NCBI GenBank assembly: GCA_051294375.1
Contig: CM119264.1
Span: 22,200,709-22,264,708, forward strand
Length of the DNA: 64,000 nucleotides
Reading direction: 5' to 3'
Origin: Paraspadella gotoi
Taxonomy: Eukaryota; Animalia; Chaetognatha
Each line of letters begins with the position of its first letter. The first letter of the stretch is position 1. Under the pieces are notes generated by a model. The model was given only the letters and a program-made list of their open reading frames with translations. It had not been told where the DNA came from and did no database searches. The position numbers and the translations under genes were made by a program. This document shows, piece after piece, positions 30,598 through 42,814 of the stretch.

Positions 30598-31449
30598 CAC
30601 ATCCAACCATGCTTTTCTCTGCCCAATAATATTTCCATACGAATTTCTCACGCGGACGTGATTCCGGAGAAGTCGAAATCCTGGACCTCTCTGTCTCACT
30701 CCTTCTCTCTCTCTCTCTCCCTCGCTTTCTTTCTTATTCCTCCCACAGTCTACTCTTCTACTCAAAGAATATCATGATAATAATTTTTGGTTTATAAAAA
30801 AAAGAGAAGACAGCGGGTATTTTCAAACTCAGATTTTTCTCTCTTTTTCATTTCTTGTCTTTTCATTTTTTTCTTCCTTTTAAATCCCAGTTTTTTTTGT
30901 TTTTTTTACGCTTTACTGCACTCTTAGTTTTTTTTAGTTTTTTTTTTAAATTGATTTTTTCTTCCTCAAAAAAAAAAAAGAAAGACAAAAAAGAAGAGAG
31001 AACCGCAAATTTCTTTTCACCTCAGTCGCCTTTTTTCCTTCTCCTTCATTTCCCTCTTGTCATTCTTAAACTTCTCCACCCTCATTTTTTTTCTCTCTTG
31101 GCTTCTCTCCTTTCTCATTTTTTTCTTTCGTTCCAGCCTATCTTGCCTCCTTTTCTATTTTTCACTTTTCTTTCCTCCTTTCTTTTTTTTTTTCCTCTCG
31201 CTCCTTTCGACCCTTCACTCCGTTTTTCTTTTTTTTTCCTTCTTTCTTTTTCCCCCGATTTTTTTTCTTGACTCTCTATTCTCTTTCGTCCTCACGCGGC
31301 ATTTCTCCCTCCCTCGTTCCACTTTTTCTTTCTTAAAAACCCACCCCCCTCCTCGGACTCACCCCTCATGAATTCTCCCCTCTTCATTTCTTTTCTCCCC
31401 CTCTTCCTCCCCTACATTTCTTTCCCTCCGTCTTCTTCTTGCTCTTCTT

Positions 31450-31480
<31 letters not shown>

Positions 31481-31561
31481 ACTTCGCCTCCTCCGCCTCA
31501 AGCTGGTTTTTTCTCGCTTCTTCCTCTTTTTCCTCCTCTTCCTCCCGGTGAATCAACGCGC

Positions 31562-31629
<68 letters not shown>

Positions 31630-32058
31630 TTTCTCTTCTTTCCTTCACACTTTCTTTAGACCCTGTGATGTTCACTCCTTTCCTCCACGCGGACTGGATC
31701 TCTTTTTTCTCTTCAATTCACGTTTTCTGTTCAAAATCTCTTTTTCTCTCGGCGCCCGAATATAAACCCTTCGCTTGACGGACATTTCTCACATTTTCGT
31801 CTCTGCGTTCAACTATTTACTATTTCAATCATTGGTTGTCACTTCTGTGGAGTATTTTTAAAATTCTCACGTAATTTTTGGCCAACGTTTTTATCGTTAA
31901 TTTCTAACCATATAAAACCTGTTATTGACTGTTATTGATTTATTAGTTTCCTAAAAAAATTCATATATCTTTTTCACTAATTTATTATCCTTGAGAGGTT
32001 TTGTCGAATTCTCACCTATTTTTGCATCACCATGACACCGCAGAACCTCTTGCTCTTG

Positions 32059-32260
32059 TTCACTTCCAACTTTTTCAATAAACCGGTTCGCATTCCTATT
32101 CTATTATATTTTAATTCTCCATCTACCTTTTTATATCCGCCATCCATAACCAAATCACAGCTCTCTACAATAATGTAAATTAATCGAGTGCGTATTCATT
32201 TGTTTTTTTTTCTCTAACCAATTCACTTCCAACTTTTTCAATAAACCGGTTCGCATTCCT
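32059..32260. repeat. 39-bp direct repeat (32059-32097 / 32222-32260)
   Basis: ttcacttccaactttttcaataaaccggttcgcattcct occurs twice. Confidence 0.85.
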
Positions 32261-32319
32261 TTCTCCCTCCAACTCATTCAAATCAATTTTCTCCCTTCAG
32301 GCTTCAGCTCCCACAGATT

Positions 32320-32388
<69 letters not shown>

Positions 32389-33261
32389 TTCAATTTCTTG
32401 TCGTTTCCATCAAAGGATAAAAATAAAAAGATGGAGTTTTTGTCCTCTGCCAGAACCGACGACCCCTGGGAAGACGACGACGAGGATAACGAATAAAACA
32501 AAAGACTTTTTAAGACCAAAATAAAGACAAAAAACCAGAGTTTTAACAAAAAAACGACGGAAAAATATAGGGAAAATAAAAACGTAGAGTTAGCGACGCC
32601 GCCCGGAAGTCACGAGAAAAGGCAGCCAACTACTTTTTAGTTGCGCCGCGAGTACTCGCGGAGCAACTCTATAAGTCACTTTTCGGTCGGTCGTTTGTTG
32701 CTCATTTGTTAAAAATCAAATCTAAGCGAAGACTGGCGCCGCCTTGTGTTTTTAATGATAAGTAAAAAGAAAAGTAATGCGGCGCAACACCTTGGTATAA
32801 CCGTTCCTTGTTTCAAATTTTTTACCTTCTTAATCTTATTAAGAATTCTTTAGACGACGTTGAAATCGTCGCAGTCGCCATCGTCGTCGCCATCGTCGTC
32901 GCCATCGTCGTCGCCATCGTCGCCGCCATCGTCGTCGTCATCGACGCCATGAATCTTACCGTCTTCATCATCTCCACCTCATATTTTTTATAACTTAATT
33001 TTTTCTCGATTCATCGCGCTTCTAATCTAACTACTTACTTCCTATCTAATTTATTTAAATTCTTTTTTCCTCGTCTAACTTCATCACTGAATTACGCGTG
33101 ATTATCTTCGAACTTAATTTTTTTCTCAGGCTTTGATTAAGCTGCTCCGTACGTAGATTTTTTTTTGAAATTCCGTAATTTACAACTTTTTTAAAACTTA
33201 GATTTAGTTAAGTATTTTATATTTTGTCCGACGTAATTAAATCGAAATTATGACAATAACT

Positions 33262-33392
33262 TTTTTAGATATTTTGAAATTTTCAATAAATGACTTCTTA
33301 ACAAGAATGATGCCTAATATCTAATTAGAAAACTAGGGCAGAAAGTAACTTTTAACTTTGTGTTTTATAGATGCTCCCTCTATTTCCAAAAG
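33262..33392 (+). repeat. Diverged dispersed repeat, inverted copy at ~56515-56640
   Basis: Shared blocks tttttagatat..., tagaaaactagggcag(a/g)aagtaa and tgtgtt(t/g)tatagatgc(t/a)ccct. Confidence 0.65.
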
Positions 33393-34098
33393 ATAACACT
33401 TACATCCCTCTCCCCATTACATTATAAAAGAATATTTTTTATATAATTAAATCTAATGTATAGTGAAATTTAGTAAATTTTTACATTTATTTAAAAAATT
33501 TAATATAAAATTTAGTAAATTTTTATATTAATTTTAAAATTTTAATATAAAATTTTAAAGTCTAATTCAGTAAATATTCAGTTGATAATATCATTGGATG
33601 ATTTCTCACCAATTGTGACCAAGTGGACAGTGGGAGTGGCCAGTGAACAGTGGCCAGTAAGATACTCAGTGCAGAATCCTTTACTTCCTCCCATAATTCA
33701 ACTTTTCTTTTCCTGATTCTCTGCCCCTTCTCTTCCCGATCTTTCCCTTCTGATTGATGAGTCGTTCCGTTCTCTTTTGATATCAACTCCGGCTTCATCA
33801 TCCTCTCCCTACATTTTTAAAATCCACCAAAGACAATCTTTTATGACTTCTTGACGGAGAGCGTCATTAACACCTGAGACCTGGTTTAGATGGGGAAGAA
33901 AGATGAGAAAGACTTTCGAGAGGGAAGACGAGAGTTTAAGGGGACCAAGGGACCAGGGGGGGTAAAATGCTGAAAGCATAACGTTCGATCCTTTAAATTA
34001 AGCTGGTTCTCATCATATTATTTTTTTTTTCTATAATCATTTGGGAAAGTAGTTGTATTGATTTTACTTTTGTTTCATTGTGTTTTGAGAATTTTAGG

Positions 34099-34650
34099 AA
34101 AAACAGTTTTGATAGTCAAACAACGATTTTATTAACAAATAAGACGGATATGTTTCGACTCTTATTTAGAGTCTTCATCAGCATTTTGCCTAATCAACAT
34201 TTTTTCCCTTTCACATTGAGTTAGAGAGATAGAGAGAAAGAGACAGAGACAGAGAGAGAGAGATAAAGAGAGAGAGGGAAAGTTTCTAACAAAGAATGAG
34301 AAAAGGACAGTGGTCAGATTTTGAGAACAGGTAAAGGTAAGGACAGGGAAAAAGAAAAAGTGGTTGAATTTTTGAAAGGTAAAACAATTTAAAGAAGAGG
34401 GAGATAAAAGAGAGAAAAAGTTATATTTAGCAATGTACAACAAAGATAAAATAAAGCAAATAAATAAGCAAACTTAATAATTATTAAACTAGTAAAGGCA
34501 ACAAAGTTAATTATTTAACTAGTTTGTTAATTAAGAATAAAATATGAAAAAGAAGAATAAGTGGTGAGGGATAGATAAGTTTAGAATTAGTGAAATATAG
34601 ATAAAGAGAGAGCTCAATAAAATTATTTTTTGACTATCAAAACAGTTTTT
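34099..34650. mobile_element. Penelope-type pLTR-derived element with 35-bp inverted ends and a degenerate hammerhead (34143-34185, minus)
   Basis: 34099-34133 versus reverse complement of 34616-34650: 4 mismatches. Minus strand reads CUGAUGA-A-GACUCU-AAAUA-AGAGUC-GAAAC-AUAUC, followed by AATAAA. Confidence 0.6.
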
Positions 34651-35145
34651 TTTTTAAATAGAAAAGTAGTTAAAAAAATTAATAATAATCAGCTCTCCTA
34701 ATTTTTTTTTTAAAATTAATAAAAAAAATTTTTTAAAGTTTTAATTTTTTTTTAAAAAAGGGTAAAATTTAATTTTAAAAAGCTTTTCAGCTTTGATTAC
34801 ATAAATTTATAAAAAAAAATTAGGAATGAATAAAAATTTAAGGTATTCACTGATTTTATTTAAACTTTCTTCTTAAGTGATTCTGTTAATTAGATAAAAA
34901 TAAAACCATTTAAAATAATATAAATATAAAAAAGGTTTTATACTTTTATTAAATTCTGAATTATTTTAATTAAAAATCAATATAATTTATTAATAATTTT
35001 AAGGGATGAATATAAATATTAATTAATGGTTATAATAAATTTGTTTCTATAAGAATAAAATTTAATTTGATTTTTTTGTTTTTAAAAGCAAATTTAAAAA
35101 AAAAGGTTAAAAGTTTTGTTTTATCAACAAATTTAATTTATATGT

Positions 35146-35188
35146 ACAGACATGTTTTGACTCTTTAATTGCGAGTCTTCTTCAGCGT
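35146..35188 (-). ncRNA. Degenerate hammerhead-like motif
   Basis: ACG-CUGAAGA-A-GACUC-GCAAUUAAA-GAGUC-AAAAC-AUGUC-UGU. G12 is replaced by A, so probably inactive. Confidence 0.5.
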
Positions 35189-36263
35189 TTGACTGTCAAA
35201 CCTAAAATTTTAGCTTTAGATAGTAAAAAATAAAAATTTAAAATTTAGTAAAAAATATCTTCTGTTGCAAAAATAAAATAATGGATGTTATAAATATTTA
35301 GGTAGAATAAACAAAAATTTTGTTTTTGCTACAATAAGAGAAAAAAATTTTCTTGCCACTTTTCCATGTAAAGGAAAATTAATTCCTTTGATGATATCAT
35401 TTTTATCACTGGGTCCCCTTAAAAGAGATAGAAGTCGGAGGTGAAGTGGTGTGAATATACCGCCACAAAAGTCGGGAGTTTTGAAGTTAGATTAGATTTT
35501 AGTCAGATTTTAGATTAGCCGTCACCTTTTTGGAAGACGATTAAAAAAAATTTTAAAGACCAAAAAAAAAAGAAAAAATGGTAAGATTGACGCTGGAGGC
35601 CAAATGTGAAATTCCGAGAATTTCGCGCTTGATTTGTCGTTTTCTTTTTAGGGGAAAGTTTTTTTTTATTTGACAATCCTTGTCTGATTTTTATTCCCGA
35701 AATTTTTATATTTATTTTCTCGGGTTCAGAACTACCACACTTTTCTACCATCCCTGCTGATGTGTCGATTGAATTAATTTTTATTTTGACTTTTTCTATT
35801 TTGTCTGCCTAAAAAAGAATAAAATTACTACCTTTATTGTTAAAATAAAATTATAACATAAGTAAGGATAGTCAATTTTAATTAATTTTAATTAACTTAC
35901 TGACGCCTAGTTCTAGTATTTTATTAGCACTACACTCGCAATAAGCTTTTTAAACAAAGCAGAGAAAAAAAAAGCAAAAAAAAAAAAAAAAAGCAGAGAA
36001 AAGCACTCAGGCCCAAAAATCACAACAACAAAACCTATCCAGACGAAATGTCTCGCCTCGACATGTTATTTCGCATGTAAATTTAATCAAGTGGAATCGT
36101 TTCTGGTTTTTGTGACGTTTTGAATGATGGAGACTGAAAAGCATTTCGCCTCTCCACATTTCCAGTGAATAATGAATGAAAAAAAATCGATATTCAATAG
36201 AAAGGGAAAAAAAATAAGAAAAAACTTTCTCTCATTGACGGAGAGAAAAAAAAACTTATCGTT

Positions 36264-36323
<60 letters not shown>

Positions 36324-37108
36324 TCTCCCCTACCTCCCTCGCTTCGTCCCGAATTCACTCCTATCCACTTTCTCTTCTTCATCCAGCTTTCCGTTTTTTT
36401 CTTCTTTTTTTTTTCATTTTCCCGGACAAAACATTTTCCGCTCTCGAAGGGCAATAAAATGATAATTTTACTGTGTTACTTTCCTCTTCATAGTAGAAGA
36501 CTTAAAAACTACTTTCTACTGTGTCGTTCTTTTATTTCTACAGTCTGTATCGTTGTTTTTTTTTTCTTTTTTCCTTTTCCTTTTCGTTTTATCTTCCTTC
36601 TTATAATTCGCTGCTTATTTCTTTTTTACTCAAAATCGGACTTCATACAAACAATTTCAAAGAGTTATTGACACAGACGCCCCGTGTCCCCGAATCTTCA
36701 CACTCAAATAAAAAAATATTTTACTACCGTATGAAGAAAAAAAATTTCAACACCCATTTTTTAAAAAATTTTATACATGACTTTTATTCAGCATATGGAG
36801 CTCATACATCTTACGCTTTTATAAACATAACTTTCATTAAAGATTTAACACTTTCTTTTTTTCAACATTTAAATAAAGTTTGCGACTTCATTCCGCCTTT
36901 ATAGACCAAGTATACCGTCAGAATAAAAGCCTTCCCCCTGGAGGTTGACTAGGGGCGACGGCGGGGGTTCATAGCATAGGTATAGCATCTGGGGGGTACT
37001 CAGAGACTATACACCTAGGTGTGCCCTTAGGGGGGGATAGTTTCTTTAGCGTTTAGACGCAGCCTCTTCCATTTTGTCGTTCATCTTGAAACATTACGGC
37101 TCGACTAA

Positions 37109-37139
<31 letters not shown>

Positions 37140-37288
37140 GCTCACCATCGCGTAATTAACGAAAGGAGATAGGACGAGAAACATCTTTTTTTCGAACCCG
37201 CTAATAGAGGGTCTCACGAACGACGACGACAACGACGACGACTTTAAAACGCAATTGACGATGTTGACGATAACGATGGTGACTGCAT

Positions 37289-37341
<53 letters not shown>

Positions 37342-37678
37342 GCGGCGACGGCGACGACGTCTGCGACAGCGACGACGCCGACGGCGATGGCGGCGCCTCT
37401 TGAAATTGACGCATCATTAGCTTTTTCCCCCCTGGAACTTTTTTTTTTTCGTAAGAGAATTGTGACGACGTTGAGAGAGACACTGAATACTGTTTTGAAA
37501 ATGACGCCACCCCAATCTGACAACTTGATATTTTACCTGTTACAACTGTTATTTTTTCATTATTATTTTTAGAAAGAAGACGATTAGGTTAATTACAACA
37601 ATGATAAGAAATGAAAAGCATTTTAATTCATTACACTTTCCATTAGATTTTTATTCCTTTTTTTATAGTATTGGCATC

Positions 37679-37782
37679 GTTTTATGGTTTTAAAATAATA
37701 ATAACTTTCTTAATCTTGTTCAGCAAGTCTGTTTTATGGTTTTAAAATAATAATAACTTTCTTAATCTTGTTCTGCAAGTCT
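37679..37782. repeat. 52-bp tandem duplication
   Basis: gttttatggttttaaaataataataactttcttaatcttgttc(a/t)gcaagtct twice. Confidence 0.9.
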
Positions 37783-38332
37783 GTGAGTGTTTTCATATAG
37801 GTAATTTTTAGAATGTTATAACTTACGAACTAAATATAATCTAAGTTCCAGCCTCTTAACCTTGTTATAATAAATTCAGAATGAAATCGTATATCAAAAG
37901 TATCCGACCTAAAAATTTATGCATGAAATCACCGCACTTAACACCTAATTTCTTTAACAAACATCTGAGCTCATCCAGTCTCTCCAACTTAAAAAAAAAA
38001 ATCCCTAACGAGGCTAAATTTGCATCGTTTCCCCCCATTTCATTTTCGCGACGAAGCAGGCTAAATCCGATAACGAGCCCCGTTATTATGCCGATAATTC
38101 GATTTGAGATAATTTAAGATAAGGCAAGAGAGAAACCTAACGAGAATTAAAGCGGGGGGGGGGGCGGACTAAGAGTTTGGTAAGATGGAGGGAGAAGGAG
38201 AAAAGGTCAGGGGGGAGCAGAAGATGGGAAAGGGAAGAGAGAAAAAGGAATTTAAAAAGGATATTCAACAGGCTGGAGCAGAGAACAAAATGTACGCATC
38301 GAATGGAAAGAAGGAAAGAAGAAATGAGGTGC

Positions 38333-38558
38333 TATGGTAACAGCCGGGTTGCCTGTGATGGGATGGGGCATCTCACTGTTGGCTTTGGGGGCTTCCGACC
38401 CTCAGTGACGCCTCTAGTCACTGGCGCGATTACCCTAGGACGGGAAGTCGTTAGGACTGTGGATGGAACACTACTCCTGGGATGGTGTGTTCCCCCACTC
38501 AGCCAATGAATTTGGCTGAAGATTGGTGGACGTGAGGCGGTGTGAATATACCGCCACA
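38333..38558. mobile_element. Solo-LTR-like insertion (226 bp) with 4-bp TSD GTGC
   Basis: GC-balanced island, TAtgg...ccaCA, flanked by gtgc (38329-38332 and 38559-38562). Its terminal ggtgtgaatataccgccaca recurs at ~35448-35467. Confidence 0.5.
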
Positions 38559-38993
38559 GTGCCAAGGAAAAAATGAAAATGCAATAATAAATAATCCAAT
38601 ATAATACGAGTAACGAAAAAGGAAAATAGAGAGAGAGACAAGAGCTAATTTCGGCAAAAAGGGAGTTTGGTAGAGGGAAGGGAATGCAAGTCGACTTACC
38701 CGGGTTACGCTTTAAGAGGCAGCGTCGGTGTAACGCTTAGACTCAGTGGGCGGTCGGGAAGGAAAAGCGGAGCAATGTGCACCTTCGGCCAATTAACGTG
38801 GGCGGTATCGTCGAGGAAGAAGAAAATACGTTACTTATTCGGGCTCTACTCCCGAAAATGTATGAGTGCGAGGCCTAACTCAGCGCGGGCGGAGCGAAGA
38901 AGTTTATACTCATGTCGCGCAGACTTATCTCTCATTATTCATCTTTGCGAACTGAGATAAAAAAGAACAGCCCAGGCTGGGCTTGTTTGTTCG

Positions 38994-39055
<62 letters not shown>

Positions 39056-40873
39056 AAGAGACCGGGGCGTTTCGATGCGCTGATTGAGGTCCAGGGCCCT
39101 CTCGACATTGTGACCCCACTCAGCACCAGAGACCGAGGTGGATGCTGGGTAAGGGGGAGATTTGGTGGGGAAAGGGTCTAAGTACTAGAGTAGGTTTTGG
39201 GTTATTTTGGGCTCGGGTGAGGTTTGGCCTTCGTTGAAGTCGGAAAAGAAAGGGACAGGCGAAGATGGGGTAGATTTGGGAGGCGGATTACTTGGGCCGA
39301 AGATTTTCTCGTTGGAGGAAATTTGACGAAAAATCTCACTTTGCGTGAAAATGTTAAAAATTGAGTGAGTCAAGTTTCAAGGTAAAACTTACTTTCGAGT
39401 TCAAGGTAGGTCGCTTCAGTTATTTCTGCGTTCAAAAGTTCCTAATGCTTATCAAAGGTCATTTAATTTTAATAATTTTTTCACATTGTCACATTATTTA
39501 TCAATAGTTTGTCATAAAAAGAGTTTAGCTAACAAGCAAACATGACAATTTTTTTTACTTACGTAGTTTATCTCTCAGGAGACCAGCAGTTCTCTAAAGA
39601 AAAAGTGAAATTATTACTTATTACTTATTCATTGCAAATCTTTCACTTTTATAATGAGAGTCTTCCATGCGCTTATCAGACCATTTCATTTTCAGGCCCT
39701 CGACTCTTTCGCCCGTGTCTTCCACTTTTTCTTATTCAAAAGGGGGCGGTCTGAGGCCAGTCTGGGTCGGGAGAGGCCAAGGACACTGACCCGGTTAGGG
39801 TCAAATTCTGGGCGGGAAAATTTTTTTTTCTGCCGAGGGAGGGAGGGATAGGTTTAACGTACGATTATGATTAAACGCGAAGAAAGTCAACAAAGTACAC
39901 ATCCCTTTTCTTTAAAAAATCGAGGCGTTCCTATCGCCAAAAGAAGTGGCGCGGCGGTTGTATGATTGTAACGCGGTTGGCGCGAGGCCGTGGCGCGACT
40001 GTGGTGGCGCCAGAAAAACGCGACTTGGCTCGACATCGATTTCCAAGCGACGCGACTCGAGATTGAGTTATATATGGCGTCGATGAACCGCGAAGGCGCG
40101 AGGGTCAGACCGGGGATGAGTTATGACAAAAACCCGGGCGTGACTGGAGTTGTGACACGGACGAGGTTATGACGAGGAACCGTGATTGGGCCCAAAAAAA
40201 CAAGGAAGATTGCTTTGGGAAGTATAAAGCTTTGATGTTTGGAGAAAGGTATTGGTGTGCGCTAAAAAAAATTAATTAGTAATTCGCAATTAGGGTAAAA
40301 AATATGCCGATGTGAAATTTGAAATTCCCTTCTTCCTCCCGAGTTAAAATTTACTCTTTAATAAAAAAATAGAAATAAGAAAAAACTTTAAAAAAATTCA
40401 AAAATGTCAGGATTTATCAAAACCATTTGCGGAATCTTTCTCTTATCCATGCCCGCCCCTAAAAATATGAAATTGATTCAGTTCGTTCTTAATCACAAGA
40501 TCAACGGACGCCACACGTTGTCAAGGAGATCGCCGAGCTTTCGATTGGCTACACGCCGGCCATCGGTGGCTATTCATCGATGGGCAAACAAATATATCGA
40601 TCCCCGAGCCCCGGTCTTCCCAGGGGCGCGTCAAACCAGCGCCAAAACTCCGCGCCAACACAAATTCAGTTATTAGGATCGCGTCAAAACCATTTTCGAC
40701 TAGAGGCGAGGATTAATGGTCCAATTTCCTTCTTCGTTGTTCGCATACAAAAACGCATCGCCACATGTGGCGAGTCATCAGGGGGAGGGGAGAAAGGGGA
40801 AAGATGGATAGAAAGGAGGGATTAGCGGGTTAGAGATGGGGTGGTTGAAAAAAATGGAAATCATTTCATTACT

Positions 40874-40933
<60 letters not shown>

Positions 40934-40981
40934 AGAGAGAGAAGAGAGATGAGTGATAAAGAGAGAGAGAAGAGAGAGGAT

Positions 40982-41032
<51 letters not shown>

Positions 41033-41065
41033 AGAGAGTGATAAAGAGAGAGAGAGAGAGAGATA

Positions 41066-41111
<46 letters not shown>

Positions 41112-42543
41112 TTTAGAGAGAGAGAGAGAGAGACATTGGTTGATCCCCCGACTGAGATGAAGCAAGCACGTACTCACGCTCGCTCGAAAAAAGGATCGGT
41201 TTCCATGGCGACGATCCAATTCGACTAATGTATCATTTAATCCTTCGTTAAAAAGAGATCAATCTCAGTAAATCGAAACGAGTGTTGGCTCCTTGTCTTC
41301 ATCTCTAACAAATAGAGAAGAAAAGTCAATTTTGTTCTTGTTGTTGTTGTTTAATGTTTTATCTTTTCGTGTTTCCGTTTGATATCAGATCGTTATTAAA
41401 GTTTATTAGCATTATACATACCGAACAACCGAAAAACGTTAAACTGACATAAAGTGATGCATGCCCGAACTCACACGCGCGCACACACATACTCTTTCAC
41501 AAACACCGGAGTCAAAAATACTTTTCTAAAATTGATGCCGAAAATAATTTCATTTCGCCAAAACCCCTTTCTCTTCGAGTTGCCCGCATTTATTTTGACA
41601 AAGGAAATGAAAAAAGAAAGAAACCATATTCTTTGCTTCCGTTCCGGCTTGCGCGAGCTTGCTCTCCGTTTGCTGCCTGCTTGCAATCTCTCAACGCCCG
41701 CCGCCGACCGCCCTTACCAACAGTTCCCATTTCCTTAGAAAAGATTTTTAACGAAATTTAATAAATGATAAAAAAATAAATAAAAAGCAAAAAAATAAAA
41801 TGAATTCATTTCCGGTCTTGATCCTTCTTTTTCTCATTTCATTTCGTTTCTTATTTCTTTTTTGGCAATCTTTATAAAAGCGAAGTTCATGAAAAAAAAG
41901 TTTCGAGTCGCCGTCGAAATTTATTTTAATTCGCCTAAATACTAAAAATAGATTTTCCAAGTTGCAGAGTCTCGGCGGGGCTCACGTACGAGCGTCTTCT
42001 ATTACTATATCATATCATTCTACTTTTCAGAACAAGAGAGTTCTTAAAAAAAAAAATTTTTATCGGATCTATTGTTGTGCGTTGCTTGTCCTTTCCACGG
42101 AGACTTAATAAAAATTATTTTTCAAAAAATTTACTTCGGTTCGATTTTAAGAGTTTATTTTTCCATAAAACTGTACGCGCAAACGCAATGAGGGGGACAA
42201 ATGTGCAACTTGTTAATTCTTCGTGTTTATAGCAACCTGGTGTGCAAAATCTTTTGAGAGTCACAAAATTTTTTCTTACAATTTTCATTCTTTCTAATTT
42301 TATTCCAGAAACAACTATTAAACCAAAAAACCAAACATTTTTAAGAACAGTTTTCTAAATAAAATAACGTGAGCGAATAAAAAAAAAAAGGAAAACGCCC
42401 AATGAAAAAAATAAAAATCGAGTTAAATCGAAAATCTGAAATCCATTTGTCAGAAAAGTTCTGGATTAATATCGCGATGTCGAATACCGACTGAAAAGAA
42501 AAGAAAAAAAAGAAAATTTCATCCAAAAACTCAAAAAAAAAAA

Positions 42544-42814
42544 ATGCGACGAAAGTTAAAAAAGGAACGAGAGCGATTGGATCAGTGGGCGATTTTCATT
42601 CATATAAAGTAAGTTCATTTTGCTTTCTGGTGATGTTTGTGGACTTCCTAACCACTCACCTTTCACCCCCTCGACACTCAATCGCGACATCGCGCTTCGC
42701 ACAGGCTGCTGCTGTGTTTCTGTTTGGCTCCTGGTACCGGTTCTTTCAGTTACACATTTTCACCCAAAAACGCCACCAAAGCTCGTTTGGGAACCACCTA
42801 CAATTACGACAACT
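42544..42814 (+). CDS. Putative first two exons of an uncharacterised secreted/membrane protein
   Basis: Exon 42544-42608 (donor GTAAGT) plus 42705-42814 (acceptor cacag, donor GTGAGT), in phase: MRRKLKKERERLDQWAIFIHIKLLLCFCLAPGTGSFSYTFSPKNATKARLGTTYNYDN. Signal-peptide-like N-terminus. Downstream exons not resolved. Confidence 0.45.
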
